36,894 nt of DNA from a virus: positions 1-36,894 of the IMG/VR virus record IMGVR_UViG_3300021387_000082. One strand, written 5' to 3'. This document shows positions 24,508 to 33,040 of this stretch, piece by piece. Each line of letters begins with the position of its first letter. Within the stretch, counting starts at the first letter, position 1. The notes below the pieces were generated by a model that did not search any database, was not told the DNA's origin, and was given only the letters and a program-made list of their open reading frames with translations. The translations under genes were made by a program, and so were the position numbers.

Positions 24508-25716
24508 ATGGCAAAGACCTCTACTATTGACGGAATCCCCGTATACGAAGCCCTGCTCTCCGACGAGGAGTGCGGGATGATTCGGATTTCCCTTGTGGAT
24601 GCCCCGGCGGTTCTCTCCGGCTGGCAGACCTTCAAGAAGATACAGATGTACGCCGTGCAGGACGAGGAACAGAGACTTGTCCGGGGCGTGGTGATGCGGG
24701 CCGATTTCCCTATCTATCGAGTGGATAACAAGGGCGGCGAGTATTATATCATCTACCGGGCTGACACCATCCGGGAAATGGCCGAAAAGTACCTTGCCGA
24801 ATCCCGGCAGAACAACGTGGACACGATGCACGACGGCAACGAGGTGGACGGCGTGGAGATGGTGCAGTTCTTTATCAAGGACACAAGCAAGGGTATCAAT
24901 CCCGAGGGCTTCGACGACATCGCGGACGGCTCCCTGTTCGCGGAGTTCCACGTTACCAATGACGACGTGTGGGCCGCAATCAAGGACGGCACTTATCAAG
25001 GCTTCTCCCTTGAAGGCGTTTTCGGGTTCGCCACCGAACCCAACCAGCAGGACATAGACGAAATCGTGGACGGGCTGGCCGGGGAATTTTCAGCAGCAAA
25101 CAAAGACACCAAGAATACGATTATGGCAAAGATTGAACGCATTTTAGAACTTCTCCGCACCCGGCTGGAAGCGGAGCAGAAGGCCGATCAGAAGTTTGGC
25201 CGTGTAACCACCGACAAGGGCATCATCGAATGGCCCGGCGAGGAGGACTTGAAGGAAGGTGATTCCGTGGAGGTCGTCACCGAGGATGACACCCGCGAAG
25301 CCGCCGCCGCCGGGGACTACAAGACCGAGGACGGCAAGACCATCGTGGTCGTGGACGGCAAGGTCGCGGAGATTCGTGACCCGGAAGCCGAGGTCGCACC
25401 CGAGGGCGAGGAAGTCGCCGAGGTTGAACCCGAAGCCGAACCCGATTACAAGGCTCTGTACGAAGAAGCCCTCGCAAAGATTGCGGAACTGGAAGCGGCC
25501 CTCGAAGAAGTCCGCAACGCCGGGGTCGAAGCCACCCAGCAGGCACAGGCCGAAGCCGAGACCCTCGAAGCCGAGGTCGAATCCCTTCGGGCACAGGTGA
25601 CCGAACTGAAAGCCCAGCCCGCCGCCAAGCCCGCCCACGAAGAAGTGAAGGAGCAGTCCTTCCGCAAGACCGGGGCAAAGGGCCTTGACCGCGTGGCCGA
25701 ACTGATGAGCAAGTAG
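24508..25716 (+). CDS. XkdF-like prohead serine protease fused to an acidic coiled-coil scaffolding domain
   Basis: ISLVDAPAV...EEQRLVRGVVMRADFP...VDTMHDGNEV...VWAAIKDGTYQGFSLEG aligns by eye with B. subtilis XkdF. The C-terminal half is E/A-rich coiled coil. Confidence 0.7.
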   Translation: MAKTSTIDGIPVYEALLSDEECGMIRISLVDAPAVLSGWQTFKKIQMYAVQDEEQRLVRGVVMRADFPIYRVDNKGGEYYIIYRADTIREMAEKYLAESRQNNVDTMHDGNEVDGVEMVQFFIKDTSKGINPEGFDDIADGSLFAEFHVTNDDVWAAIKDGTYQGFSLEGVFGFATEPNQQDIDEIVDGLAGEFSAANKDTKNTIMAKIERILELLRTRLEAEQKADQKFGRVTTDKGIIEWPGEEDLKEGDSVEVVTEDDTREAAAAGDYKTEDGKTIVVVDGKVAEIRDPEAEVAPEGEEVAEVEPEAEPDYKALYEEALAKIAELEAALEEVRNAGVEATQQAQAEAETLEAEVESLRAQVTELKAQPAAKPAHEEVKEQSFRKTGAKGLDRVAELMSK

Positions 25717-25742
25717 GTTTTTTAACACTCGGTGTTACAACT

Positions 25743-25753
25743 CTATTTCACGG
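25743..25753 (+). promoter_or_regulatory. Late box CTATTTCACGG, copy 3
   Basis: Exact 11-mer, 27 nt upstream of ATG 25781. Confidence 0.4.
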
Positions 25754-25780
25754 CAGAAATCACTCAAAAACTGAAAAGAT

Positions 25781-26692
25781 ATGGCAGTTACCAATTTCCT
25801 CGTCACCTCCCTCCCCGCCTATGTGCAGGAGAGCCGTGACCTCATCATCAAGAACTTTGCGCTGGTAGGTTCCGACACCCGCCGCCGCATCGGTCTGCGC
25901 ACGGGCATCAAGTCCGGCGAGCATCTTCCCTTCCTTGACTTCAACCTCGTCCTTCAGTCCGGCTCCGGCTGCGGTTTCAACCCGCTTGACGAGGCTACCC
26001 TCACGCAGAAGACTGTCAATGTCGTGGCCCTCAAGCACGACGGCCAGCTCTGCCCCGAGACCCTGCTGGGCAAGTACGCCGAGTACCTTGTCCGCATCAA
26101 CGCCACCGAGAACGACCTCCCGTATGAGGCCTATCTGATGGACGTGATGGGCCGCGAGGTCAACAAGGTCATCGAAAAACTCATCTGGCAGGGCAACACC
26201 ACCAGCGGACAGGGCAATATGGCAATGCTCAACGGCTTCCTTGCGCAGTTCGCGGGCGACACCGATGTCCTCACCGCCACCGCTGGCAATGACATCTATG
26301 AGTCCGTGCAGAATGTCTATATGGCGATGCCGGATGAGACCCTTGACCGCGGCGGTATGATTTTCATCTCCCCGGCCAACTACCGCGCCTTCCTCCAGGC
26401 AATGGTGGCGAAGAACTACTACCACTATGCTGGCCCGAACGATGCCGCCCCGGAGACCTTCGTGTTCCCCGGCAGCGATGTCGTGGTGGTCAAGACCCCG
26501 GGCCTCGCTGGCAGCAACGCCATCGTGGGCACGTTCGCCGACAACCTTACCTATCTCACCGATGTGGATGGTGACGAGGTGGATGTTGACCTGTGGTGGT
26601 CGCAGGATGACCGCCTGTTCAAGTGGCAGGTCAAGTGGACTTCCGGCGTGGCCTACTACTTCCCGGCACAGATCGTCCTCGGTACGGCTTAA
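25781..26692 (+). CDS. Major capsid protein
   Basis: 303-aa ORF directly after the protease-scaffold gene, followed by the strongest terminator in the genome. Confidence 0.65.
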   Translation: MAVTNFLVTSLPAYVQESRDLIIKNFALVGSDTRRRIGLRTGIKSGEHLPFLDFNLVLQSGSGCGFNPLDEATLTQKTVNVVALKHDGQLCPETLLGKYAEYLVRINATENDLPYEAYLMDVMGREVNKVIEKLIWQGNTTSGQGNMAMLNGFLAQFAGDTDVLTATAGNDIYESVQNVYMAMPDETLDRGGMIFISPANYRAFLQAMVAKNYYHYAGPNDAAPETFVFPGSDVVVVKTPGLAGSNAIVGTFADNLTYLTDVDGDEVDVDLWWSQDDRLFKWQVKWTSGVAYYFPAQIVLGTA

Positions 26693-26715
26693 GCACACCG
26701 AAACCGAAACCAAGA

Positions 26716-26745
26716 GGGGCGGGCCGCAACGCCCGTCCCTTTTTC
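26716..26745 (+). terminator. Strong rho-independent terminator after the capsid gene
   Basis: 9-bp stem ggggcgggc / gcccgtccc with loop cgcaac, then TTTTT. Confidence 0.75.
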
Positions 26746-26772
26746 TTCGATAACACAAAAAAGTTAATAGAT

Positions 26773-27285
26773 ATGCCTTGTAGTCAAGTCCTTTCCGCAA
26801 TCCCGAAAGATTGCGAATCCAACCTCGGAGGCATTAAGCGGGCTCTTCTCGCCAACTTCGACGATGTGACCGCCGTGGCCGTGACCGACAATATCATCAC
26901 GGCTATCACGATGACCGCCAGCAAGAAGTTCCTGGAGTATAACTTCCGCCCGAACACGGGTTCGATTTCCTCCAACTACCAAGTGTCCGACACGGGCGCA
27001 AGCAACTACGTGCAGACCGACCTCGTTATGGCCTTCAACCGAATGGAGACCGCCAAGCGGGCCGCGATTGTCGCGCTGGCACAGGCCGACCTCGTGGCTA
27101 TCGTGGAGGATATGAACGGCAAGTACTGGTATCTCGGCAAGGATGCCCCGCTTCGCCTGTCCGCTGGTGCCGCCCTGTCCGGCACGGCCCGCGCCGACCG
27201 CAACGGGTACGATGTCACCCTCATTGACGAGAGCGCGGAACTCCCGTTCGAGGTGGAGGAATCCATCATCTCCGACCTCCTGTAA
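26773..27285 (+). CDS. Virion structural protein (possible major tail/tube protein, 170 aa)
   Basis: ATG 26773 (MPCSQVLSAIPKDCESNLGGIKRALLANF...). The track's N-terminal extension runs through the terminator. Confidence 0.5.
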   Translation: MPCSQVLSAIPKDCESNLGGIKRALLANFDDVTAVAVTDNIITAITMTASKKFLEYNFRPNTGSISSNYQVSDTGASNYVQTDLVMAFNRMETAKRAAIVALAQADLVAIVEDMNGKYWYLGKDAPLRLSAGAALSGTARADRNGYDVTLIDESAELPFEVEESIISDLL

Positions 27286-27306
27286 AAGCTGCGTTTCTAT
27301 GCGATT

Positions 27307-27333
27307 GACCCCGGCTTCGGCTGGGGTCTTTCC
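27307..27333 (+). terminator. Terminator with a UUCG tetraloop
   Basis: Hairpin gaccccggc-ttcg-gctggggtc, followed by tttcc. Confidence 0.6.
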
Positions 27334-27371
27334 GTTATATGAAAAAAATCTTCACATTTTTTTGAAAAAGT

Positions 27372-27402
27372 TTTGGATATTCAATTATTGTTTGTATATT
27401 TG
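27372..27402 (+). promoter_or_regulatory. Bacteroidota-type promoter of moron cassette A
   Basis: TTTG (27372-27375), a 19-nt spacer, then TATATTTG (27395-27402). About 85 bp is paralogous to 34950-35050. Confidence 0.7.
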
Positions 27403-27431
27403 CATACGAAAACAAAAACAAACAACGCCTT

Positions 27432-27596
27432 ATGAAACACGAAATCAATTTTGACAAACTGACCTACTTGGGGGTTAAGATGGTTCTTGATTGCACACCC
27501 GTCGGAATGGCGGTCGCGGTTCTCTCTGCCACCAATCACCTCTCTCCGGCACAGGCTGTTGAACTGAAATCCCGAATCATTACCGCAATCCGATAA
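27432..27596 (+). CDS. Small protein (54 aa), cassette A gene 1, missing from the ORF track
   Basis: Sequence: MKHEINFDKLTYLGVKMVLDCTPVGMAVAVLSATNHLSPAQAVELKSRIITAIR. Its start context CGCCTTATGAAA is shared with cassette B. Confidence 0.5.
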   Translation: MKHEINFDKLTYLGVKMVLDCTPVGMAVAVLSATNHLSPAQAVELKSRIITAIR

Positions 27597-27598
27597 CC

Positions 27599-27618
27599 CT
27601 TTAATCTCATACCTTATG
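27599..27618 (+). promoter_or_regulatory. Pre-start box, copy d
   Basis: ctttaatctcataccttATG. Confidence 0.5.
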
Positions 27619-27795
27619 AAACTGCAAGACATTATCCGCGAAGGGATGCTCCCCGGAGATACCGAAATCTGCTGCCGCGCCTGTCGGAATTGGACACCCC
27701 GGAGCGATGGAAGCCACGCCGGGTACTGCCGACGGAAAACCAACTCCCTATACTCCGACGATTGGTGCTGCATTCGCTTCGATAGCAAAGACTGA
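27616..27795 (+). CDS. Cys-rich small protein (59 aa), cassette A gene 2, missing from the ORF track
   Basis: Sequence: MKLQDIIREGMLPGDTEICCRACRNWTPRSDGSHAGYCRRKTNSLYSDDWCCIRFDSKD. It is preceded by the pre-start box. Confidence 0.5.
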   Translation: MKLQDIIREGMLPGDTEICCRACRNWTPRSDGSHAGYCRRKTNSLYSDDWCCIRFDSKD

Positions 27796-27822
27796 CCTTT
27801 CTCCCTTTCCAATCTGCAATCC

Positions 27823-27846
27823 GGCCCGCAAGGTCGGGTTTTTTCG
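27823..27846 (+). terminator. Terminator of cassette A
   Basis: Short GC hairpin cccg-N6-cggg, followed by T6. Confidence 0.5.
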
Positions 27847-27848
27847 TG

Positions 27849-27863
27849 CTACTTTTCGATTCT
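27849..27863 (-). repeat. 15-mer variant AGAATCGAAAAGTAG (inverted copy)
   Basis: 14 of 15 match on the minus strand, and it shares the CCGC 5' flank with copy 2. Confidence 0.8.
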
Positions 27864-27951
27864 GCGGCCTTCAAACCTTTTCCCAATAAATTATACACCG
27901 GAAGCCTTCAAGGCCCTCAAATCGGCCTAAATAACAAATTCGGCGGCAAGT

Positions 27952-27962
27952 CTATTTCACGG
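27952..27962 (+). promoter_or_regulatory. Late box CTATTTCACGG, copy 4
   Basis: Exact 11-mer, 7 nt upstream of ATG 27970. Confidence 0.4.
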
Positions 27963-27969
27963 AAAAGAT

Positions 27970-28269
27970 ATGATATACCTTGATTCCGATACCCTGTACA
28001 TTCCGAAGCCGTGGGAAGCCCCGTCGGCAGACCGCTTCGTGCTGGTGAACAATGTCGGGTTGCAGGTCTATTCGGAGGCCGTCGAACTGACGGAAGGCCC
28101 GCTCTATTTTTCCGGGCAGATGGCCTTCGACCTCCCGGACGGGGAGTACACTTACAGGCTGATGGCCGGAGAAGAAATCATATCCGAGGGGTTGGCAATC
28201 AAGGGCGATTACACCCCGGACAGGACGGAATTTGAGAAAACGATAGAATATGAGCAATACGGAAGTTAA
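27970..28269 (+). CDS. Hypothetical virion-module protein (99 aa)
   Basis: ATG follows the late box. The gene overlaps the portal start by 20 nt. Confidence 0.55.
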   Translation: MIYLDSDTLYIPKPWEAPSADRFVLVNNVGLQVYSEAVELTEGPLYFSGQMAFDLPDGEYTYRLMAGEEIISEGLAIKGDYTPDRTEFEKTIEYEQYGS

Positions 28270-29338
28270 GCGGCTGACCTTCGCGGCGATTGACCCGTAC
28301 TTGGAGCAGAACATCGTGACCCCGGTGGAGCGCAAGCACGGCAACCGGGTGGATTGGGGAGAACTGAACAAGTACCCGGACTATCTGTGGGACCTGTACC
28401 TCAATGTCACGACCCTGCAAACCATCGTGGAGGGTTCGGCGAAGTTCGTGGCCGGGGACGATGTGCTGGCCACCCGGAGAATCAACGGGGACGCCCCGCG
28501 CAAGATGGTGCAGGCCCTCGGGCTTGATTCCTTCCTGTACGGAGGTAGGTGTTACCAAATTATCCGCAGCCGGGACGGAGGGATAGCGGAAACCCACCCC
28601 CTGCCCGTTCGGTATATCCGCAGCGATGAGGACAACGAGAGTTTCTACTACTCCGAGAAATGGGGGAAGGGTGCACGGGATTGCGTGGTATATCCCAAGT
28701 TCTACCCCTTCAAGCCGGAGGAATGGGCCGCGCTGGAGGATGAGGAAAAGAACCGCCACGCGAGTTCCATCCTGTTCGTGAAGAACGTGGGCGCGGGGAC
28801 TTACCCTATCTCCCCGGTTCAGTCTGCCGTCAAGGACTGCGAAATCGAAAGGGGCATTGCGGACTACCACCTCAATGCGCTGGAAAACTGCTTCACGGGT
28901 TCGGTGCTGGTGAACTTTAATCAAGGCCGTCCGACGGAAGAAATGCAGAAGGAAATCGAGCGGGATATGACGGAGAAGTTCTCCGGCCACCAGAACGCGA
29001 TGCGAATGATGTTCAGCTGGAATGAATCGAAGGACACGATGACCACGATAACGCCGCTAAAGGTGGAGAATTTCGGGGAGCGGTATGATGCCCTTTCCAA
29101 GTTCAGCCGCCAGCAGATTTTCACGGCCTATCGTGCGATCCCGGCCCTGTTTGGACTGATGGACGAAAGCACCGGGTTCTCGGAGCAGGAATTTTCCGAA
29201 GCCTTCAAACTCTACAACAGAACCGCTATCCGTCCCGTCCAGCGGGACATCGCTGACGAGTTTAAGTATATCTACGGCGAGGAAGTGTTAACCATCCGGC
29301 CCTTCACCCTTGAAGGCGCGGAGCAAAGTGTGCAGTAA
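28250..29338 (+). CDS. Portal protein
   Basis: 362-aa ORF with portal-like features (...YPDYLWDLYLNVTTLQTIVEGSAKFVAG...FSEQEFSEAFKLYNRTAIRPVQ). Confidence 0.65.
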   Translation: MSNTEVKRLTFAAIDPYLEQNIVTPVERKHGNRVDWGELNKYPDYLWDLYLNVTTLQTIVEGSAKFVAGDDVLATRRINGDAPRKMVQALGLDSFLYGGRCYQIIRSRDGGIAETHPLPVRYIRSDEDNESFYYSEKWGKGARDCVVYPKFYPFKPEEWAALEDEEKNRHASSILFVKNVGAGTYPISPVQSAVKDCEIERGIADYHLNALENCFTGSVLVNFNQGRPTEEMQKEIERDMTEKFSGHQNAMRMMFSWNESKDTMTTITPLKVENFGERYDALSKFSRQQIFTAYRAIPALFGLMDESTGFSEQEFSEAFKLYNRTAIRPVQRDIADEFKYIYGEEVLTIRPFTLEGAEQSVQ

Positions 29339-29892
29339 TGGCAGAGGTTCTTCTTACCAGCGAGAAGTTCGTCAAGAGTGTGACGAATATCTCCGACAAC
29401 GTGGCCGGGAAGTTCATCCAGCCATCCATCCGGGAAGCGCAGGAAATCAACCTCCGGGGCATCCTCGGAAGTTGCCTTCTTGATGCCATCAAGTCTTTGG
29501 TAAAGGAGGGGACAATCGGGGACGAGGGGAACGAGAAGTACAAGGACTTGGTAGATGAGTGCCAATACTTTTTGGCTTACCAAACCATCGTGGAACTGAT
29601 ACCGAAAGTCAGTTACAAGGTCGGGAACTTCGGGCTTTCAAAGTCACAGGACGAGAACCTGTATGTGGCGAGTGTGGAGGAATTGGCTCGGCAGCAGTAT
29701 TACTACCAATCGAAGGCCGACGCGCATTGTCTGCTCTTGCAGCAATGGGTCTACGACCGCCGGGCAAGTTTCCCGGAGTTGGATGAGTGCGACTGCAACC
29801 GAATCAAGGCGAACCTCTATTCTGCCGCCACTTGTGGGGTCTTTTTAGGAGGCCCACGCGGGAAGCAAATCAAGAAGGGAGGGTGCTGCTGA
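29338..29892 (+). CDS. Head-tail connector / head completion-like protein (184 aa)
   Basis: Follows the portal gene with a TAATG overlap. IQPSIREAQEINLRGILGSCLLDAI is a gp6-like connector pattern. Confidence 0.45.
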   Translation: MAEVLLTSEKFVKSVTNISDNVAGKFIQPSIREAQEINLRGILGSCLLDAIKSLVKEGTIGDEGNEKYKDLVDECQYFLAYQTIVELIPKVSYKVGNFGLSKSQDENLYVASVEELARQQYYYQSKADAHCLLLQQWVYDRRASFPELDECDCNRIKANLYSAATCGVFLGGPRGKQIKKGGCC

Positions 29893-30332
29893 TGACACTC
29901 TTGGAAACCATACGCATCTTCGAGGGCGTGGCCAGCCGCCAGCCATCCGTCAATATGATTGTGCGGAATGATGTCTTTCGACTCAACACCATCCCCAATG
30001 CCAAGTACGGGGTTTTCGCTTGGACGCAGGGCCAGCACGAAATCCGGGAGGACTTGCAGACCTTCGCGTTTACTTTTTTCTACGTGGACAGATTAACCGC
30101 CGACAAGGGAAACGAGATTGAGGTGCAGAGTGTAGGTGTGCAGACCTTGGGAAATATTCTCCGCAGTTTGGATGATTTGGGTATCTTTCCCGGAACGATG
30201 TGGACGGCACAGACCTTCAATCAAAGATTCTTGGACGAGTGCGCCGGGGTCTTCGCGAGTGTCCGGCTGGAAGTCCCGACGGGCTGGGTCTGCCCGGAAG
30301 AATTTGATAAAAATGAAATAACGACGATATAA
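29892..30332 (+). CDS. Virion structural protein (146 aa)
   Basis: ATG 29892 sits in a TGATG overlap. The track's extension from 29787 lies inside the previous gene. Confidence 0.55.
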   Translation: MTLLETIRIFEGVASRQPSVNMIVRNDVFRLNTIPNAKYGVFAWTQGQHEIREDLQTFAFTFFYVDRLTADKGNEIEVQSVGVQTLGNILRSLDDLGIFPGTMWTAQTFNQRFLDECAGVFASVRLEVPTGWVCPEEFDKNEITTI

Positions 30333-30333
30333 T

Positions 30334-32697
30334 ATGGCAAACTATGCAAATCTGCTGGCTGCGATAGCCGCAAATATCTACACCAACGGCAACCAAGAGG
30401 TAACTGCCGCAATGGTCAAGACCGCGATGAACGAGGTCGTGAATACTCTCGGGGCGGGCTATCAGTTTATGGGCGTGGCGCACCCCGCCGACACGCCGAG
30501 CGGTTACGCAGACCTGCGAGCCTTTTGGCTGGCGGGCGAGGCAGGGACTTACACCGACTTCGGATCGCTGGTAGTCAATGACGGCGAGGTGGCTATCTTG
30601 AAGTACAACGGCAGTTGGAGCAAGGAGGTAACGGGGGCCGCAAGCGCCGCGCAACTCAATCAGTTAGGCCAACAACTGCGCGGGATTATTGGTGTTGATG
30701 TCGCACTTCCGAACTTCACGCAAGGATATATCGCCAATGCGACAACGCTTATAAAGCAATCTTCTTCAAGTTGGAGTTTATCCGCCCCAATTTTTCTGAA
30801 AGCGGGAACACTTATCACTATCAATACATCGGGAAATAATTGCAGTCTTGTGTTATATGCCTTCCGATCCGATGAATATAATATGCCGTTGGTTGTAGCG
30901 AATGACCAAAACAATGTCAAGATATACAACTATCTCGTCCCACACGATGGGAATTATATTATAAGTTATAAACACGCCGCAACAGGGGCTTATGTGAAAT
31001 TGACATATTATGAGTTTTTGGGGACGGTCATAAAGGCGCAACTTAAAGGAGAACAACTTGTACCTGTATCTTGGGCCTCGGGTGTTCTTATTTCCTCAAA
31101 CGCATTTGTGAGTAATTCTGCATATCGGACGAGTTGCCCGTTCAAGTTGGGGCAAGGCGATGTACTTGAAATATACACTGATTCTAATAAGAATCTTCCC
31201 CTTGTATGCGATGCGAGCAATCCGGCCTCACTTGTTGATTTGATAACTACGCCAGCCGATGCTTCGGTGGGAACTATGGTTAGATATACATATTCGCCGG
31301 ATTCAGATAAGACTGTTCTCGTCTGTTATCGTTTCGTGGATGCATCCTCTTATGTTTATCTTCATCGTAAAAGTTACTTTGACAAGGTACTTGATGATGA
31401 ACTGAACAAGGACGCATTTTCCGAGTTATCGGTGAATTATCCCAATCACAAGGCTATAACCGCATCAAACTTCTATCAAAGCACGAATGCGAGTTACGAT
31501 ACGACCGCCGCGATATTCTTAAAGAAAGGGACTACTATAAAGATAAATACAAGCGCGGGGTCGGGGATTGCCCTTGTTTGTGGAGCGCTCCAAAACGGTA
31601 CACTTGTATCGGCTTTGCTTGTCGTGCCTTCAAGTGTGGATACAACCGTGAATACGGTATATAATTATTCCGTAGCAGATGACGGATATTATGTCATATC
31701 GTACAAGACCTCGGTTGCCGGGGCATATTGTACTCTCATCGTCCCGCCTGAAACTCCTTGCGTGTCCACAAGGTTGGACGATATTGAGGCGGCTATCGGG
31801 AAGATTGGGAAAAAACATCTGCGAATCCTCCTGCTTGGGAATAGTTACGCGAGTGATGCGTGGGGATATGTACCATTCATCTTAAAAAATTATGGGATAA
31901 CCTGCGACATATATATGTATTGGCGCGGTGCGTTATCTCTTGATGACCTTGTAACGTTTTGGGAAAGCAGCGACCAGCAGGACGCTACAAGCCCACAAGC
32001 ATCGCAAGGAACATACAGGTATCTATATCATATTGATACAAGGACAATGACATCGTGGGCTTCACTTCCAAGGCAGAGTGCGAAAGAACTTGTTGCTATG
32101 GGCAGCTGGGATATTATTACCCTCCAACAATGGTCGGTATATACAATCAGCAATACAATGACAAATCCGTACTTTGAGCAAGTCGTGGATTTGATTCGCC
32201 AATCTCTCTCAACGCCTTATACTCTTGGCTGGCAAATGTCTTGGACGCGCCCGGTATATAATGGCGTAGATGTTGATAAAAAGCAGGATAATCTTGATGT
32301 TGCGGAATTAATTAACAAGCAACACGCGGCAAATATCGTTTTCCCGTGTGCGTCTGCTATCTTTAACTGCCGCGAGAATCACACCCTTGCTGCAATCGGG
32401 GATTCGACCTATCACAACCTTTGGGCGAGTGACAACGTGCATCTTGAAGAAGGACTGCCGTGCTATATTGCCGGTCTTGCGGTCGTACAGGCGTTATTCA
32501 ATAAGTATTACCCGGAGAAATGTGTACTCGGCGATATTACCCGCCCGACAAATTCAAATATAACCGCTTGGGACAATCCGCAACGACAGATGCCTACCGG
32601 GGGAACAATCACGAGTATAACCGATGAAAATTGCTTATTAGCGCAGAATGCGGCGATTATCGCAAATAAATTCCCTTACGAAATTAACGGCGTTTAA
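30334..32697 (+). CDS. Tail fibre / receptor-binding protein with three tandem roughly 100-aa repeat domains and a C-terminal SGNH/GDSL-like esterase domain
   Basis: Conserved fibre N-terminus MANYANLLAAIAANIY... Repeats lie at about nt 30697-31005, 31060-31365 and 31429-31737. LRILLLGNSYASDAW...DNVHLEEG is SGNH-like (about 31810-32697). Confidence 0.65.
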   Translation: MANYANLLAAIAANIYTNGNQEVTAAMVKTAMNEVVNTLGAGYQFMGVAHPADTPSGYADLRAFWLAGEAGTYTDFGSLVVNDGEVAILKYNGSWSKEVTGAASAAQLNQLGQQLRGIIGVDVALPNFTQGYIANATTLIKQSSSSWSLSAPIFLKAGTLITINTSGNNCSLVLYAFRSDEYNMPLVVANDQNNVKIYNYLVPHDGNYIISYKHAATGAYVKLTYYEFLGTVIKAQLKGEQLVPVSWASGVLISSNAFVSNSAYRTSCPFKLGQGDVLEIYTDSNKNLPLVCDASNPASLVDLITTPADASVGTMVRYTYSPDSDKTVLVCYRFVDASSYVYLHRKSYFDKVLDDELNKDAFSELSVNYPNHKAITASNFYQSTNASYDTTAAIFLKKGTTIKINTSAGSGIALVCGALQNGTLVSALLVVPSSVDTTVNTVYNYSVADDGYYVISYKTSVAGAYCTLIVPPETPCVSTRLDDIEAAIGKIGKKHLRILLLGNSYASDAWGYVPFILKNYGITCDIYMYWRGALSLDDLVTFWESSDQQDATSPQASQGTYRYLYHIDTRTMTSWASLPRQSAKELVAMGSWDIITLQQWSVYTISNTMTNPYFEQVVDLIRQSLSTPYTLGWQMSWTRPVYNGVDVDKKQDNLDVAELINKQHAANIVFPCASAIFNCRENHTLAAIGDSTYHNLWASDNVHLEEGLPCYIAGLAVVQALFNKYYPEKCVLGDITRPTNSNITAWDNPQRQMPTGGTITSITDENCLLAQNAAIIANKFPYEINGV

Positions 32698-32734
32698 CTC
32701 AACCCCAAACTCGGTAACTTACGATTTTTGAAAA

Positions 32735-33040
32735 ATGGAGCGACTGACAAGATTACGCAACCTGACGAAGAACATCCGCACCAGCACCTCGGTACTCCTG
32801 TGGGTGTTCTCGCTTGGTGCCATCGGGATCGGCATCGCCTCCTTCATCATACCGCCCACCGGGGTGATTGACCCGTCGGTGTTGCGCTTCGTGGCCGAGC
32901 TGTTCGCCATAATGGCCCTGCTCGAAGCGAGGGAGGCGATCCTGGAGGGCCTGGGCGTGAAGATTACGCACGGGGAGACCTCCATGGAGATAAAGGACCA
33001 GGACGGACAACCAAAGGACGAAGGCGATGCTGAAGATTAG
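32735..33040 (+). CDS. Holin candidate (2 TM)
   Basis: Hydrophobic helices VLLWVFSLGAIGIGIASFIIPP and LRFVAELFAIMALLEA with a charged C-terminus. It overlaps the lysin start. Confidence 0.5.
   Translation: MERLTRLRNLTKNIRTSTSVLLWVFSLGAIGIGIASFIIPPTGVIDPSVLRFVAELFAIMALLEAREAILEGLGVKITHGETSMEIKDQDGQPKDEGDAED

Noticed and set aside
16658-26800. Very long minus-strand ORFs: 16658-17584 (308 aa), 18916-19911 (331 aa), 20499-21812 (437 aa), 23309-24238 (309 aa) and 25760-26800 (346 aa).
   Set aside because: They lie exactly antisense to well-supported terminase, tail, tape-measure-like and capsid genes. They are rich in R, G, P, L and V like shadow ORFs, and they lack start contexts or packing logic. 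They are artefacts of GC-rich third positions in the + strand genes.
18916-27962. Could the recurring short exact motifs be a CRISPR array or mini-array?
   Set aside because: The copies are kilobases apart and irregularly spaced, each is tied to a start codon, and there is no repeat-spacer periodicity. They are not CRISPR.
30334-32697. Diversity-generating retroelement targeting the tail fibre.
   Set aside because: There is no reverse transcriptase gene anywhere in the genome, and no nucleotide-level template/variable repeat pair. The fibre repeats are similar only at the protein level.
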